Origin: Euglena gracilis
Lineage: Eukaryota
DNA: 64,000 bases
Direction of reading: 5' to 3'
Assembly: GCA_039621445.1 (NCBI GenBank)
Contig: CP154954.1
Span: 7,876,634 to 7,940,633 of the forward strand
Shown here: positions 51,701-60,907 of the stretch, piece after piece
Layout of the letters: the number at the start of each line of letters is the position of its first letter
How positions within the stretch are numbered: the first letter of the stretch is position 1
Position numbers and translations under genes: made by a program
The notes under the pieces: generated by a model
Database searches by the model: none
The model's input: only the letters and a program-made list of their open reading frames with translations
Told to the model about the DNA's origin: nothing

Positions 51701-53686
51701 CAGGGAAAAGACGGTGTATTGCCATGCACCAGGGGGGGCGTCCGCGCACAATTCACACTCTGCAGAAGGAGAGAGACGCAACAACCTTTGAAGTAATTCA
51801 GGATTGTTTGGGTCGTTTGAAACACTGTCCTCGGCCTTGCCCCCACTGCCTGCTTTTCCAGGGGGAGTTTATGGTGAGGGACTGTAAATGGCCTCAGCAA
51901 TTCTGAGGGGCTGAGAAATCAATTGGGGGGGGGGGTGTTTTGATGTTTTGGGGGATCACGCCGTCGGCCAGCCGTCGGCCAGCCGTCGGCCAGCCGTGTG
52001 ACTCACAGGAAAATGACCCGAGCCACAGCCTTGCAATGCAGAAACATTTTAGCCACCAATCTCCGTTCAAGGTCATTTTCATTGTTGGTGGAGGCTGCAT
52101 TTTTGCCCATTTGAAGTCATTTTTCGTCAATTTTTGTCAATTTTGCCAATTTTGGACTTTTTTGACCAATTTTGACCATTTCACACCAAATTTAGGCATT
52201 AGGTGCTGAAATTCAGCAATTTTCACCCCGAAATATACCTTTGCCACTCATGCCAGCCAAAATTGTGCATTTTCCACATGAAAATGGGATTTTACACCCA
52301 AAATTAGGCATTTGCCACTCAAAATTAGGAATTTACACATGAAACTAGGAATTTCCTCCTCAAAATTAAGAATTTGCCTCTCAAAATTCGGAACTAGCAC
52401 GCCAAATTAGGCATTTGCTACCCTGACCCGGCTTCCGTCACGCCGTCGGCCAGCCGTCGGCCAGCCGTCGGCCAGCAGTGTGCTCCCCCTTTGTTTTGGT
52501 TGTTGCGGGGACGTCCCTTGGGGGCTAGGTTGTCCAGTTCAGTTCATTTTGGACCCCTCATTCCCCTTGTCCAGTTCAGTTCCTGACTCCACTGGGGGGT
52601 CCAAGTGACCCCCCCCCCCTCCTAGAACCTGACTGGACTGGTAGACTCGACAAAAATTGGCCCCCAAAATTGCCAAAATGGCCATTCTCAAAAATTATTT
52701 AAAAATTCATCAAAATTTTTAAAAATATTCAAAATTTTATTTTTGAAAAATACTTATTTTTCAAAAAATTTCGGCACTTTGCGCTCCCCCCCCCCGTCCA
52801 GTTGAGTTCGCCCGAATCTACGGTCCCTGGTCGTATTTCCCAAAAATTCTGGAAGGGGGAAACGTTTCGGTGCACTTCCCTTGTCTCCACACAGAATACT
52901 CTTACTCTTCAGTGGAATGAAGTGTACCGGCATCCGGAATTCGCTTGGAGTATGTTTCCATGGAAGTCCATGGTCTCCAATCAAGGTTGCGCAATTAACC
53001 GTCATTTTCAAGGTCAAGCGATTAACCATGGCTAATCAGGGGCCAGGCGTCATTTCGTGTCACGTAATGGCTCGTGTGGGAGGTTGGTGTGGGTGTGGTG
53101 TTTCCCCTGCATCCTCCACCCAAAAATGAAGCTAACCACCACTGCTACCTGCCCTCCACTGTCCCGGAGGGGGGGTCCAGCGACCCAACTGCGCTGTCAA
53201 ATCCAGACACACTTCAGACTCAGAAAAGGCCCTGTTAGTTGTCATTGAGAAAAAGGTGTGAAAACTTGGTCAACCTCCCAAAAAAGTGCTTTTTGGGAAC
53301 AGTTTTTCGACCCTTGCTGAGGATTTTGTCTCGGACCTCCCAAGGTCAGGATTTGGGCTTAAATTTATGCCTAAATTTGAGTCTGAAGGTAAACCTGAAT
53401 TGCTGACCCTGACCCTACTCGTTCATAACCCAAACTTTCGACAGAGAAAATTTCACCGGCAGTCGGATGTAGCCAATGAAGAATCTCAAACCAAGGTTCA
53501 ATTTGCAAGGACAGCATTGTCAAAAGACATCAACTTGCAAAGTTTGGTTGAGGGAATGGAAAATCCAAGTGCCAAGTTGTGCAAGCCATTTCTTCAGTTG
53601 CAGGTGGCCAAAGGCAAACCTGTTATCGAATTGGAATGTGCTCCAACAGAGATTAAAAGTAGATAAGAGATGATTCTTGTACGCAT
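816..53686 (-). CDS. Large multi-exon gene for a secreted/cell-surface protein: signal peptide, choice-of-anchor-A-like domain, 6x LNR interleaved with Ala/Pro/Thr mucin-like stalk, TSP3 repeats; probably continues toward or past the window start
   Basis: Manual exon joining gives consistent phases. Exon 1 ([22 protein letters not shown]) ends phase 1 and joins [20 protein letters not shown]. Nearly all LNR and Ala/Pro exons are phase 1-1 with AG/GT ends and lengths divisible by 3. Two junctions in the N-terminal domain are unresolved. Confidence 0.85.
853..1435 (-). other. Nonconventional intron, CGG/CCG variant, in TSP3 repeats
   Basis: GCT|GGC-CGGGCCTCCC...GGGAGGCCCG-CCCCC|GAC; perfect 10-bp terminal stem. 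Confidence 0.85.
1505..2864 (-). other. Nonconventional intron, CGG/CCG variant, in TSP3 repeats
   Basis: GCT|GGC-CGG-GGTG...CAGCC-CCG-CGCCC|GAC; restores the QA|D TSP3 spacing. Confidence 0.8.
3270..5850. mobile_element. Probable composite element with two GGTAACCAGGCTCCGCGGAG repeat arrays (3318-3662, 5468-5804) and imperfect inverted ends
   Basis: GTGGAATCCCAACTTTTTGGTTACC at left versus GGTAACCAAAACTTAGGATTCCAC at right; internal GACATGGCG-containing repeat at ~4690-5430. Confidence 0.5.
4975..5290. mobile_element. hAT-like MITE, family A
   Basis: Termini CAGGGCGGTCCTTAA / TTAAAGACTGCCCTG; perfect 8-bp TSD GTTTGGCG; second copy at 15321-15637. Confidence 0.85.
5920..6380 (+). repeat. 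(TG)n + (TACA)n / TACATACATACAT micro/minisatellite
   Basis: Directly visible; a similar (TACA)n tract lies at 20690-20900. Confidence 0.95.
6584..18059 (-). CDS. 13 paralogous exons of type [31 protein letters not shown]: 17997-18059, 16793-16873, 14803-14892, 14225-14314, 13468-13557, 13163-13228, 12085-12174, 10633-10722, 9793-9858, 8854-8934, 8192-8275, 6988-7041, 6584-6688
   Basis: All have a cag acceptor and G|gt donor; lengths 54-105 nt, all multiples of 3 despite indels. Confidence 0.85.
7141..7429. mobile_element. hAT-like MITE related to family B
   Basis: CAAGCTG...CGGCCTG; TSD GGGGGCAT on both sides; related fragment at ~51365-51463. Confidence 0.7.
10630..13060. repeat. Tandem segmental duplication (10630-11850 vs 12082-13060), each copy with one stalk exon
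   Basis: Near-identical intronic sequence over ~1 kb, differing by the 11493 MITE. Confidence 0.92.
11493..11751. mobile_element. hAT-like MITE, family B
   Basis: CATGCTTGTGCTTA...TAAGCACAAGCCTG; TSD TTCAGGAT; the duplicated segment has an empty site with a single TTCAGGAT at 12962-12969. Confidence 0.92.
15321..15637. mobile_element. hAT-like MITE, family A
   Basis: CAGGGTGGTCCT...AGGACCGCCCTG; perfect TSD GAGAAATT. Confidence 0.85.
15672..15952. mobile_element. Foldback (almost fully palindromic) element
   Basis: ~130-bp inverted arms GGCAGCCCGAAACTACTG... around a short spacer; AAAAAAAT on both sides. Confidence 0.75.
17380..17995 (+). repeat. (GCAC)n/(CA)n compound microsatellite
   Basis: Directly visible; abuts the donor of exon 17997-18059. 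Confidence 0.95.
19447..40968 (-). CDS. Diverged Ala/Pro/Thr linker exons between and after the LNRs: 40870-40968, 37802-37912, 34763-34846, 30957-31070, 29455-29721, 27701-27796, 26316-26408, 25727-25807, 23687-23716 + 23171-23227, 20270-20380, 19447-19584
   Basis: Each has a cag acceptor and G|gt donor, phase 1-1, length divisible by 3, and low-complexity A/P/T/Q content. Confidence 0.8.
21105..21372. mobile_element. hAT-like MITE, family C
   Basis: CAGGGGTTTTTTT/AAAAAAACCCCTG; TSD GTAGGACG/GTAGGATG. Confidence 0.85.
21723..21975. mobile_element. hAT-like MITE, family C
   Basis: Perfect TSD GTGTGGGT; right end AAAAAACCCCTG. Confidence 0.8.
22321..22425 (-). CDS. LNR repeat exon 6, [34 protein letters not shown]
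   Basis: 105 nt, AG/GT ends, uninterrupted. Confidence 0.9.
23228..23686 (-). other. Nonconventional intron coinciding with a MITE plus one TSD
   Basis: CAAC|AAG-CAG-GCCTTTGCTTAAGG...CCTTGAGCAATGGG-CTG-CCAAC|AAGTC; spliced exon [30 protein letters not shown], 87 nt, phase 1-1. Confidence 0.8.
23233..23683. mobile_element. hAT-like MITE, family D, inserted in a coding exon
   Basis: 17-bp TIR (14/17 match) CAGCCCATTGCTCAAGG / CCTTAAGCAAAGGCCTG; perfect TSD CTTGTTGG at 23225-23232 and 23684-23691. Confidence 0.9.
23857..24264. mobile_element. hAT-like MITE, family D, inside a conventional intron
   Basis: CAGGCTATTGC...GCAATGGCCTG; TSD ACCCCACA/ACCCCCCA; shares internal sequence with 23233-23683 (CCATTTTGCTGGACACTGGAAAAAA, AGCTGCAGTCCAGCCCC). 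A decayed copy lies at ~15972-16389. Confidence 0.85.
24813..25017 (-). CDS. LNR repeat 5, split into 24981-25017 (37 nt) + 24813-24880 (68 nt) by a 100-nt nonconventional intron
   Basis: 37+68 = 105 nt; unspliced sequence reads an in-frame TGA at the junction. Confidence 0.88.
24881..24980 (-). other. Nonconventional intron in LNR5 (100 nt)
   Basis: TG|AGT-CAG-GGATTTG...CAAAGGATCC-CTG-GACAA|G. Confidence 0.88.
27979..28828 (-). CDS. LNR repeat 4, split into 28792-28828 (37 nt) + 27979-28046 (68 nt) by a nonconventional intron
   Basis: 37+68 = 105 nt; the join restores the Trp codon (TG|G) in FSWIGNSQC. Confidence 0.88.
28047..28791 (-). other. Nonconventional intron in LNR4
   Basis: TG|GAT-CAG-GGATTTG...CAAAGAGCC-CTG-GATTG|G. 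Confidence 0.85.
28082..28355. mobile_element. hAT-like MITE, family B, nested in the LNR4 nonconventional intron
   Basis: CAGGCTTGTGCT/AGCACAAGCCTG; perfect TSD TTGCCCAC. A further decayed copy lies at ~39187-39390. Confidence 0.9.
30650..30916. mobile_element. hAT-like MITE, family C
   Basis: CAGGGGTTTTTTT/AAAAAAACCCCTG; TSD TACCCCCA/TACCTCCA; another copy at ~34467-34707. Confidence 0.85.
32072..32176 (-). CDS. LNR repeat exon 3, [35 protein letters not shown]
   Basis: 105 nt, AG/GT ends. Confidence 0.9.
37265..37369 (-). CDS. LNR repeat exon 2
   Basis: 105 nt, near-identical to 39747-39851. Confidence 0.9.
38370..38515 (+). repeat. (GGGTGT)n hexamer repeat
   Basis: Directly visible. 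Confidence 0.95.
39747..39851 (-). CDS. LNR (Lin-12/Notch) repeat exon 1, [35 protein letters not shown]
   Basis: 105 nt, phase 1-1, AG/GT ends, canonical 6-Cys LNR pattern ending C.FDGGDC. Confidence 0.9.
43842..43986 (-). CDS. Exon 6 ([30 protein letters not shown]...GPSPAG); 5' end approximate
   Basis: LAP.A...G...GQLVA C-terminal motif of the domain; G|gtgtgt donor. Confidence 0.65.
44595..44705 (-). CDS. Exon 5 ([37 protein letters not shown]); 3' end approximate
   Basis: ttgcag acceptor, phase 0; NVLxNxPEATTL motif of choice-of-anchor A. Confidence 0.7.
46019..46291 (-). CDS. Exon 4 (..[20 protein letters not shown]...[11 protein letters not shown]); 5' end approximate
   Basis: DF..L...S..L and VVIN..G motifs resemble choice-of-anchor A domains; CAG|gtttgc donor. 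Confidence 0.7.
46745..50613. mobile_element. Mutator-like non-autonomous element carrying a minisatellite
   Basis: ~190-bp TIRs (GGCCCCGGGCGGATTCCTGTGGGTGCTCATCCT / AGGATGAGCACCCACAGGAATCCGCACGGAGCC); perfect 9-bp TSD CATTTATGG. Confidence 0.85.
46965..50220 (+). repeat. Tandem repeat with 71-bp unit (88-bp variant has an extra 17-mer), ~3.25 kb
   Basis: Unit TGCACCCGAAAAGGGGTTGGCGGATAAAAGGGGTTGATTTTGTTAATGAAAGGGATAGGGTTAGGTCGACT. Confidence 0.97.
50848..50991 (-). CDS. Exon 3 ([12 protein letters not shown]...VDGGVQLNP); 3' end approximate
   Basis: In frame with exon 2 after removing 50992-51493; the donor could not be fixed. Confidence 0.65.
50992..51493 (-). other. Nonconventional (non-GT-AG) intron
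   Basis: GCA|GAA-CAG-GGCT...AGCC-CTG-TCCCC|AGT; 8-bp terminal pairing ACAGGGCT/AGCCCTGT; frame restored. Confidence 0.8.
51494..51759 (-). CDS. Exon 2, choice-of-anchor-A-like domain ([24 protein letters not shown]...[26 protein letters not shown])
   Basis: ctgcag acceptor; Gly-rich beta-helix-like GGDL/GGxV motifs; ends at a nonconventional donor. Confidence 0.75.
53620..53686 (-). CDS. Exon 1, predicted signal peptide [22 protein letters not shown]
   Basis: ATG preceded by pyrimidine tract + AG (ttttttctttag-ac-ATG); basic N-region and hydrophobic core; ends ACA G|gtttgc (phase 1), matching the next exon. Confidence 0.75.
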
Positions 53687-53859
53687 GTCTAAAGAAAAAA
53701 CCAAATGATGATGACCACGATCAAAAGACCAGAGACAATTCGACCAAGAAATTTCCGCGGAAAGAATGCCCAGTTCGCGAAATTGTATGGCAATTATTAT
53801 CCTTTCCTCGCCCAGCCATTTTTTTTGTTTGTTGTGAGTGAAGACACTATTGAGTGTCG

Positions 53860-56800
53860 ATGAATGAAGAGCCCATTGTTCGGGGGGATCCAAAATCGCA
53901 TGAAGAGAAGGATGAAGAAAAAGGCGGGAAGCCAATAATCCTTTTCAATGCTTGCAAGAAGGAGGTGTGGAGCGTTGGAGGTTGGCGTAAGAACTATTTC
54001 GAAGATGTGTCCCCAGCATGAAGCGCGTCCTCATTTTTATCTGCCCTTTTCTCAGATGTACACTGCAGCCCAAGGTTACAGGCAGCTTAATCGGAAGCTC
54101 AAATCAACGTACAAAGTTGACTTGTATGCCCCACTGCTTTGTTCACTCCATTTAAAGCGCTTAGCAGGAACCAATTCTGGGGTGGGGTCCGTCCCGCCTC
54201 CTATGTTGGGGTGTTGCATGTCTCGGCATCTGACTTGAAAATGGATTGAATTATCCCTGCTTGAAGATCATCTGTCTCCCTGTACTGCGGGGTGGGGGAC
54301 GGGTCCGGCACTTATCTGTCATCCCACAACGGACCCCCCTTTCGGTTTTCCTACGACGCCCCGTTAGCTGTCAGATTACCTTTGACATTGGCCCGTACCT
54401 TGCCCACAAAGGCGGCAGACAGGCAGGGGGAAAGAAGACAACAGGTCTTCCTGAACACAGAGAGGGAGGGTGATTTGCCCAAACTTCGATAATTCGGAAA
54501 AAATCGCCTTGTTTGAAGTCATTTCGGATAATTTTTTGACCCCATGTCTATCTGACTTAGTTTTCCCTTGCGGGCGTCCAACTGCAGCCTGGTCTTGGGA
54601 GATCAGGCAATGGACTTTGGTCATTTTTGCGAGGGGGCTTCTTCTGAGTATGGGGGTGTTTGATGGTTGGGTTGGGAGGCTAGGCACAGCGTGGGGGGGG
54701 GGGGCTGGCTGCGGCGCGGGGGGGGGGGGGGAGGGGGGGAGGGGGGGTCCGAGGGGGGGAGGGGGGTCCGAGGTCCCAAAATCGGTGTTTTTCGGGTCCA
54801 AAAAGTGGTCATTTTTGGCCATTTTTTTTACCATTTTTTTTTCAAAAAAAATGCTTTTTGGCCACGCACGGAGCACGCAACCCCAAATTTGTCCAGAAAT
54901 GTCATTTTGGGCCATTTTTGGGCCTCAAAAAGTCGGATTTTTCCCGAATTTTTTTTCTTGGGGAAGCTGGGCACAGTGGGGGGAGGGGGGTGTCGAGGGG
55001 GGGGGGCGAGCGGCTGTGCAGGGGCCGCGGGGGGGGGAGGGTCCCAGACCCCCCCCCGAGCAGCGCGCCTAGCCCCTGCTTATCTGTTATTCTATGACCC
55101 CCCTTTCAGTTACCCTATGACTCCTTCTCTTCCTCTTCCGGGGTAGTGTTGTAAACTGGGTTAGGGTCAGGAGTTGTCATTGTGAACCCCATTCAAGTTC
55201 AGTGTTTGAACCTTCAGGGGCGTCCCGAGCCCCCCCCCCCCCCTCTACCTCCCCCAAATGGTGAACTTCAGTGGTGGAGTTCAACGAAATGGTCATTTTT
55301 GCAAAAAAAAAAATAGGCACAACATTTCACACATCAAAACTTCACCCTGCCTGGACCGGCGGCCTGGCCGACAGCTGTGGGCCGGCAAATGGGGTGTTTT
55401 TTTGTCCTGGCATTCAGTTGTGGGGGGAATCAAAATAACATTTGACAGGGCTTTTAAGGGATTGGACACCATTTTGGAGATATTTTGATAATTTCGATTT
55501 TTGGGACCAGTCCCAAAAAACCTAAAACGGGCTGTATTTGGGGTCAGGCGCGCAGCTGGCCCTTGGCCTGAACAGGTTGATTCAAGATCTAGGGCTTGAT
55601 TTTTAGTTCCCCTGTGAATTCCCCAAACATTCTTTTGTTAGGAGCAGTCGGCTGGCTCAACAGTCTAATATCCAATTTTCTGCTGTACATACAGTCTACA
55701 ATGCCCCCCCCTTACTGTTCCCCTCCTTGGTGTTCCCATTGGGGAGATAGGAACAGCACTGTCAGGGCACTTTTTGTTTAGGGTTAAAAACGGAAAATTT
55801 TGGTTGGTTCCACGTGCTCTGCTTCCCATCAAACACCAAACCAACACCGGGGTGGGCATTGGAGGTGCATTTTTCAAGCATGTGAAGGCTTCATTTTGCC
55901 ATTTTAAGTGACCTTTTAGGTCTAGCTTGGCTGGTCAGTTCCATGGGAACAGTAAGGGGGGCAGTGTCCTCCCTTGCTGTTCAGTAAGTGTTCGCTGCAC
56001 GACCGCCACCTAACTCCAACCCTAACCCAAACCCAAACCCTGATCCGACCCTGACCCCGACCCTGACCCTAACCCGACCCAAACCCTAACCCGACCCGAA
56101 CCCGACCCTGACCCTAACCCCGTTCCAAGAACCAAAATTCGACTCTGCCGTTGGGGGTGGCGGTCGTGCAGCGAACAAGAATCTGCTGTCCCCCCCCCTT
56201 TGCTGTTTCCATGGTCCCAAGAGGGGGCCATAGGACGGGAACAGTGAGGGGGGGCATGGTAATGTACATACGGCGGGGACGCCAATTTGTGGTCCAATTT
56301 AGACACATGCAACTTGGGCAAAAATCGAAAACCGTGCAGGAAAGAAACTGGTGGCCCATTAGTCTGGAGGCTGCCATCTGTTCACAACTATTCTTTTTGG
56401 GCATGAACAATTAATCCTGTTCAGGGGTCCCGAACGAATCATCGACATTGTCCCAACAGTCCCAACCTTATTAGGAGGTCCCCCCAAAACCCCCCAAACC
56501 CCCATTTTTTCACGCCTTCCAAAGTTTCAACATTTTCTCAAAATTTTGATTTTGAGAGGGTTTTGAAGCAAAAAATGCCATTGAAAATGCAAAAAAAAAT
56601 TCCAAGAGAAAAAATGCCAGTAAAATTTAACTGTGCCAAAATTTGGTCCAAGTTTTTTGACCTTTTTTCACCCTCCTCCTAAAAACTACCATTTTTCAAC
56701 CTGGTTTTCTAATATTTTTTTTCACATACGGTTTTCATTCTCCCCTCCTCTCCACAAACCACCGCTCACCCTGGGGACCCCCCCAGGGGGTCCAGCGCTG

Positions 56801-59800
56801 GACCCACACACCCGCCTTCCCCTCCTGGGGGGGGTCGAAATTGCCCCAACCCCCCCAACCCAACCCCCCCCCCAAAGTAAGACCCCCCAAAACAAGACAC
56901 CCCCTGAGAATCCAAAAAGTACCCCCCCCACATGAGACCCCCTCGGGATTTTTTGTGGGAATCAAAAGTTCATGCTGAAAAATGCGGAAAGAAGGAAAAC
57001 TGCTGATACGAGAACTGTGTCCATAACACCGGTTCGGGAGTGAAGCCGTGGGACAGAATACCGGTTTGGGCTGCCGCCCAAACCGGTATTCTGTCCCACG
57101 GCTTCACACGCCCGAACCGGTGTTATGGACACAGTTGTTGAAACCGTGTTTTAGGGGCTCTAACTTCCCGCCCGAACCGGTGTTCATGAACGCACGGTCA
57201 TTTGTGACTCCTCCATGCAGATTTCTTCTAAATGTACGCCGGCCAGGTTGTTGTTGTTGTTGCCGTCTCACTAATGCGCTGCCCCAACCCCCCACACCAG
57301 CTGAATTTTTTGGTTTAGAGGCTGCCGCCGCACCTCAGACAATAGCAGAAGGCCACAAACTTTTGTTTGGGGACACGTTTGTCGACAGTTGCCCCAGTGG
57401 TGGACTTGCAAAAAAACAAAATAGTTGCTCCTGTCACTTGCCCTGGCACTTTGCGTGTGCTAGGTTAGTCCTGCCTCCCCGTTATGGCTCCTGGGTGTGT
57501 CCCGACTGTAAATAAGTGGCCTTTGGCTGCCTCGGAGCAATACGTTTGCCATCGTGTAATTGCCACGGTTGTGGCACTAACCTGTTTGCCTAGCACACAT
57601 ACCCCTCCGCTGTGTGTTCCAAAAACGTTCGTCCAAGGATGCACCGTATCAGGCCTGTGATTGGTGACTCATGTTGCTCTATGTTATGTTGTCCCAAGTT
57701 TCCTCAAAATCTCGTCTTCCCGCCCGAACCGGTGTTCTATAACACAATTTCAGGCGGGAAATTTCCCGCCAGAACTGGTGAACGCCGGTTCGGGCGGGAA
57801 GCCAGAGCCCCAAAACACGGTTTCAAAACACGTGGATGTTTCGAAAAGAAACTTACGGAAAATTGCAGAAACTGCGAAAAGTAATGGACAGCAATCCCCT
57901 TGAATACATGAAAAAGCGTTGGGGCATCCCAAATGCGATTACTGCTGATGGACGCAGATCATTGCGAAAACATTTTGGAAATAAGGAATAAGGAGTGTCT
58001 CCACATACAGAGTTTCAGGCGTAAAATCAGATCCCCCACTCCACGGTTTCAACACCTTGTCTCATGTCCCCCCCCCCCCGAACGGTGCAGATGACCCATG
58101 GGGACCCACATGGACCATGCTGCTTGCTCTCCTGCCCTGAGGCTTTGTCACCCCCCAATTTGGAAAAAAATGCTCTTTTGACATTGCGACCTTTTGGGTG
58201 ATTAGTTTCTGAACCTTTCTCAAAGTTTCCAGAATTCAATTTCCCAAAAAATTTTGGCCCTTCGAGTCGAAACCCATACCTGGGCATCTGGCCTGGGTTA
58301 AGGGTATCACACCTGGCGTCTGAAATGTTTGTCCATGGCTGGCAAAAACATTTGCCCCAACCTGTCAAAAAGTTTGCCCTGCGCCCTCAAATAAAAATGC
58401 CCAAATTTTTTGCACTGTGCCCCAAAAATATTTGCACATGTTGCGAAAAATTTTGCACTCTGCCATTTTATTTTCGTTCAATGAAAAAAGCCTTACACTG
58501 GACAATGGAAAAAGGTCCACGCCAATTGAAGTCAAAGGGCAACTGTGAAAAACACCCGATCCAAGTGCAAAAATTTTGGGAACGGAGGCAAATATTCTGG
58601 GGATAAGGTTCAAACATTTTTGAGATAAGACGCAAACAAATTGACAGGAAGTGCAAAAAATATGGTGTGAAGTGTGAAAAAAAATTCGAAATGGGAATTT
58701 GGCAAGATATTCTATCAAATTAGGCATGCGCGGCCTTCACTGGTTAACCATCCATCCATCGAGCGGTTAATTAACTGGCCCAAGAAATGGTCAACCGGTT
58801 AAATGGTTAACCATCAAACCCTGTCTTCAATTGAAGGTTTTGTCCCCCTATTTGCATATTTTTCCCCACCACCCCAGGAACAAGGATGAGGTGTCGATTG
58901 ACTCCCTGAAAAAAGCCAGCTTGGTGGTGTTCGCCGGGCCACGGGAGAAGTTCTCCGAGCAAGAGCTGGCCGCCATCAAGGAGTACCTGGCCGGCGGCGG
59001 CAGCGTCCTGCTCATGCTGGCGTCGGGAGGCGACCCCCGGTTCAACACCAACCTGAACGCCCTGCTGGAGGAGTGGGGGATCACGTTCAACGGCGACTCC
59101 GTCGTGCGAACTGTGTATTACAAATATTTTCACCCCAAGGTGTGCCAAGTGACACTGTCTTCAGGGGAGGGATTTCTTTGTCTTTTTTGTGCGTTTTTCA
59201 ATTTTGGCAAAGTTTGTGGGGTTCTTTTGCATTTTGTTTGTATTTTTTTGCCTTTTCTCCTGGCGATTTTTCAATTTCTGTTGGGAAAATTTTTGGTTCT
59301 CGAAAAATTCGATGTTTGGACCTCTTTTCCGGTTGAACAGTGCCAGCACAAAGGGTGATCACGTGGATCTTTGAGCCATCATGCCCAAATCACTGTGCTG
59401 TCTCCAGTCATTTTGAACTCTGCCTCCGCTACTACCTTGCAAGGCACCTTGCCCACGTAACTGCAATATCAGGGCGATGTACCACGGTTGCCACCGCGGT
59501 GTGGGAACTTCCAAAATATTCAAGCAGATCACAAGCTGTGCTGTCTGTTCTGACAATGAACGGGTTGGCTTGTCAACTGATGCCCGCTGTCTTTCCACAG
59601 GAAGTGTGCATCACTAATGGGATTGTGAACCGTGAATTGAACAGAGCTGCAGGTGTGTATTCCTCCAGGCAACTGCCGACTGCTGGTGGTTGGGTGATAC
59701 CTCTGGAGTGGATGATGCCAGCCCCCCCCCCCCCCCCCGGCACCAAAGTTGCAGGGGAACTCCTCAAGGGTCGCCTGGGTTGACCCTCTTGGGGGGGGGG

Positions 59801-60907
59801 GGGTATTATGGACTCACCCAAATGGCGGAAGGACTCCCAGGGGCAGAGCGCAGCTGATTAAACACCCCAAGTATTGATTTGATTGGTTTGATTTTCCCCT
59901 CGCCCTCTCTCAGGGAAGAATATTCCAGGCTCTTACATACTCAATGCATCGCAAGGCTTGTCAGCCTCGCAGCAGACTGCCCTCTTGGCACAACAAAGCT
60001 CCCAAAGTTCCAGGTGTTTGGATCAACGTCTGGTGTTCACATCAAAATGAAAGATCAATCAATTATTTTTTATGGGGGATTCCAACACGGGGTGTGGCAC
60101 CCCATGTACTTTCCAGGGGAGGGGGGGGGGCGTCTTTTTTTGCTCCTTTTGTGTTTTTCGAGTGTGGCAAAATTTGCATTTTGCGTTTTTTTTGCATTTT
60201 TTTTTTGGAGCAATTTTCCGATTTTTTCTGGAAAATTTTCTCAACTCTGAAAAATTTTGACCCCAATCTATTTTGCCTTTTTGCAATTTTTTTTTGGTCA
60301 ACATGATGCACATTTAAAAATTCCCCGGTAGAGGTGAAAAATTTAAATTAATAAGAAATGATATTGATATTATTTTTACTATTTATGTTATTATATAATA
60401 TTAATAAAATATTAATATTAATATATTAATCATTAATAATATTTAATGTCCTCTCCAGCAAAAGTGCACACCTTGGGGGATCTCCTGAAGGATTTTATAT
60501 GCACGTTGCATTTTTTGCGGTTTTTTGTGTCAGTTGTTGTTGCGGGTAGTCGAAAATTATTCTGCCACTCCACAGAAGTTTTTCATTGCAAAATGCTTTG
60601 ACAGTCCCCCCCCCCCAACTTCTTTTTGTGGCCAGACGTTGGTTGCCCATCCTGGCTCCCAGGGGCAAGAAGGGAACAGGTTTTCACGTGCATGAAGTGA
60701 TCGATTTGAAATCTTATTGTTCCTCCGCCCCCCCCCCCCTCTCACCCTCCCTCCTTAGTCTCTCCCTCCCTCTGCCTCTGCAGCCTGACATTCGTCTATC
60801 CCTATGGTTGCTCCCTCAATGTGCAAAAACCAAGTATCCCCATCCTGTCTTCGGGGTACATTGCATATCCACTGAACCGACCTGTTGGAGCGGTGCATGA
60901 ATACAAG
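53860..60907 (+). CDS. IFT52: Intraflagellar transport protein 52, 3'-partial; exons 53860-53964, 54056-54123, 58878-59139, 59601-59652, 59914-60013, 60784-60907
   Basis: All introns GT-AG and phases consistent. Protein ILFNACKKE-MYTAAQGYRQLNRKLKS...LVVFAGPREKFS...GGGSVLLML...NTNLNALLEEWGITFNGDSVVRTVYYKYFHPKEVCITNGIVNRELNRAAGK...LTFVYPYGCSLNVQKPSIPILSSG..YPLNRP matches the IFT52/OSM-6 N-terminal GIFT region as I recall it. Confidence 0.93.
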
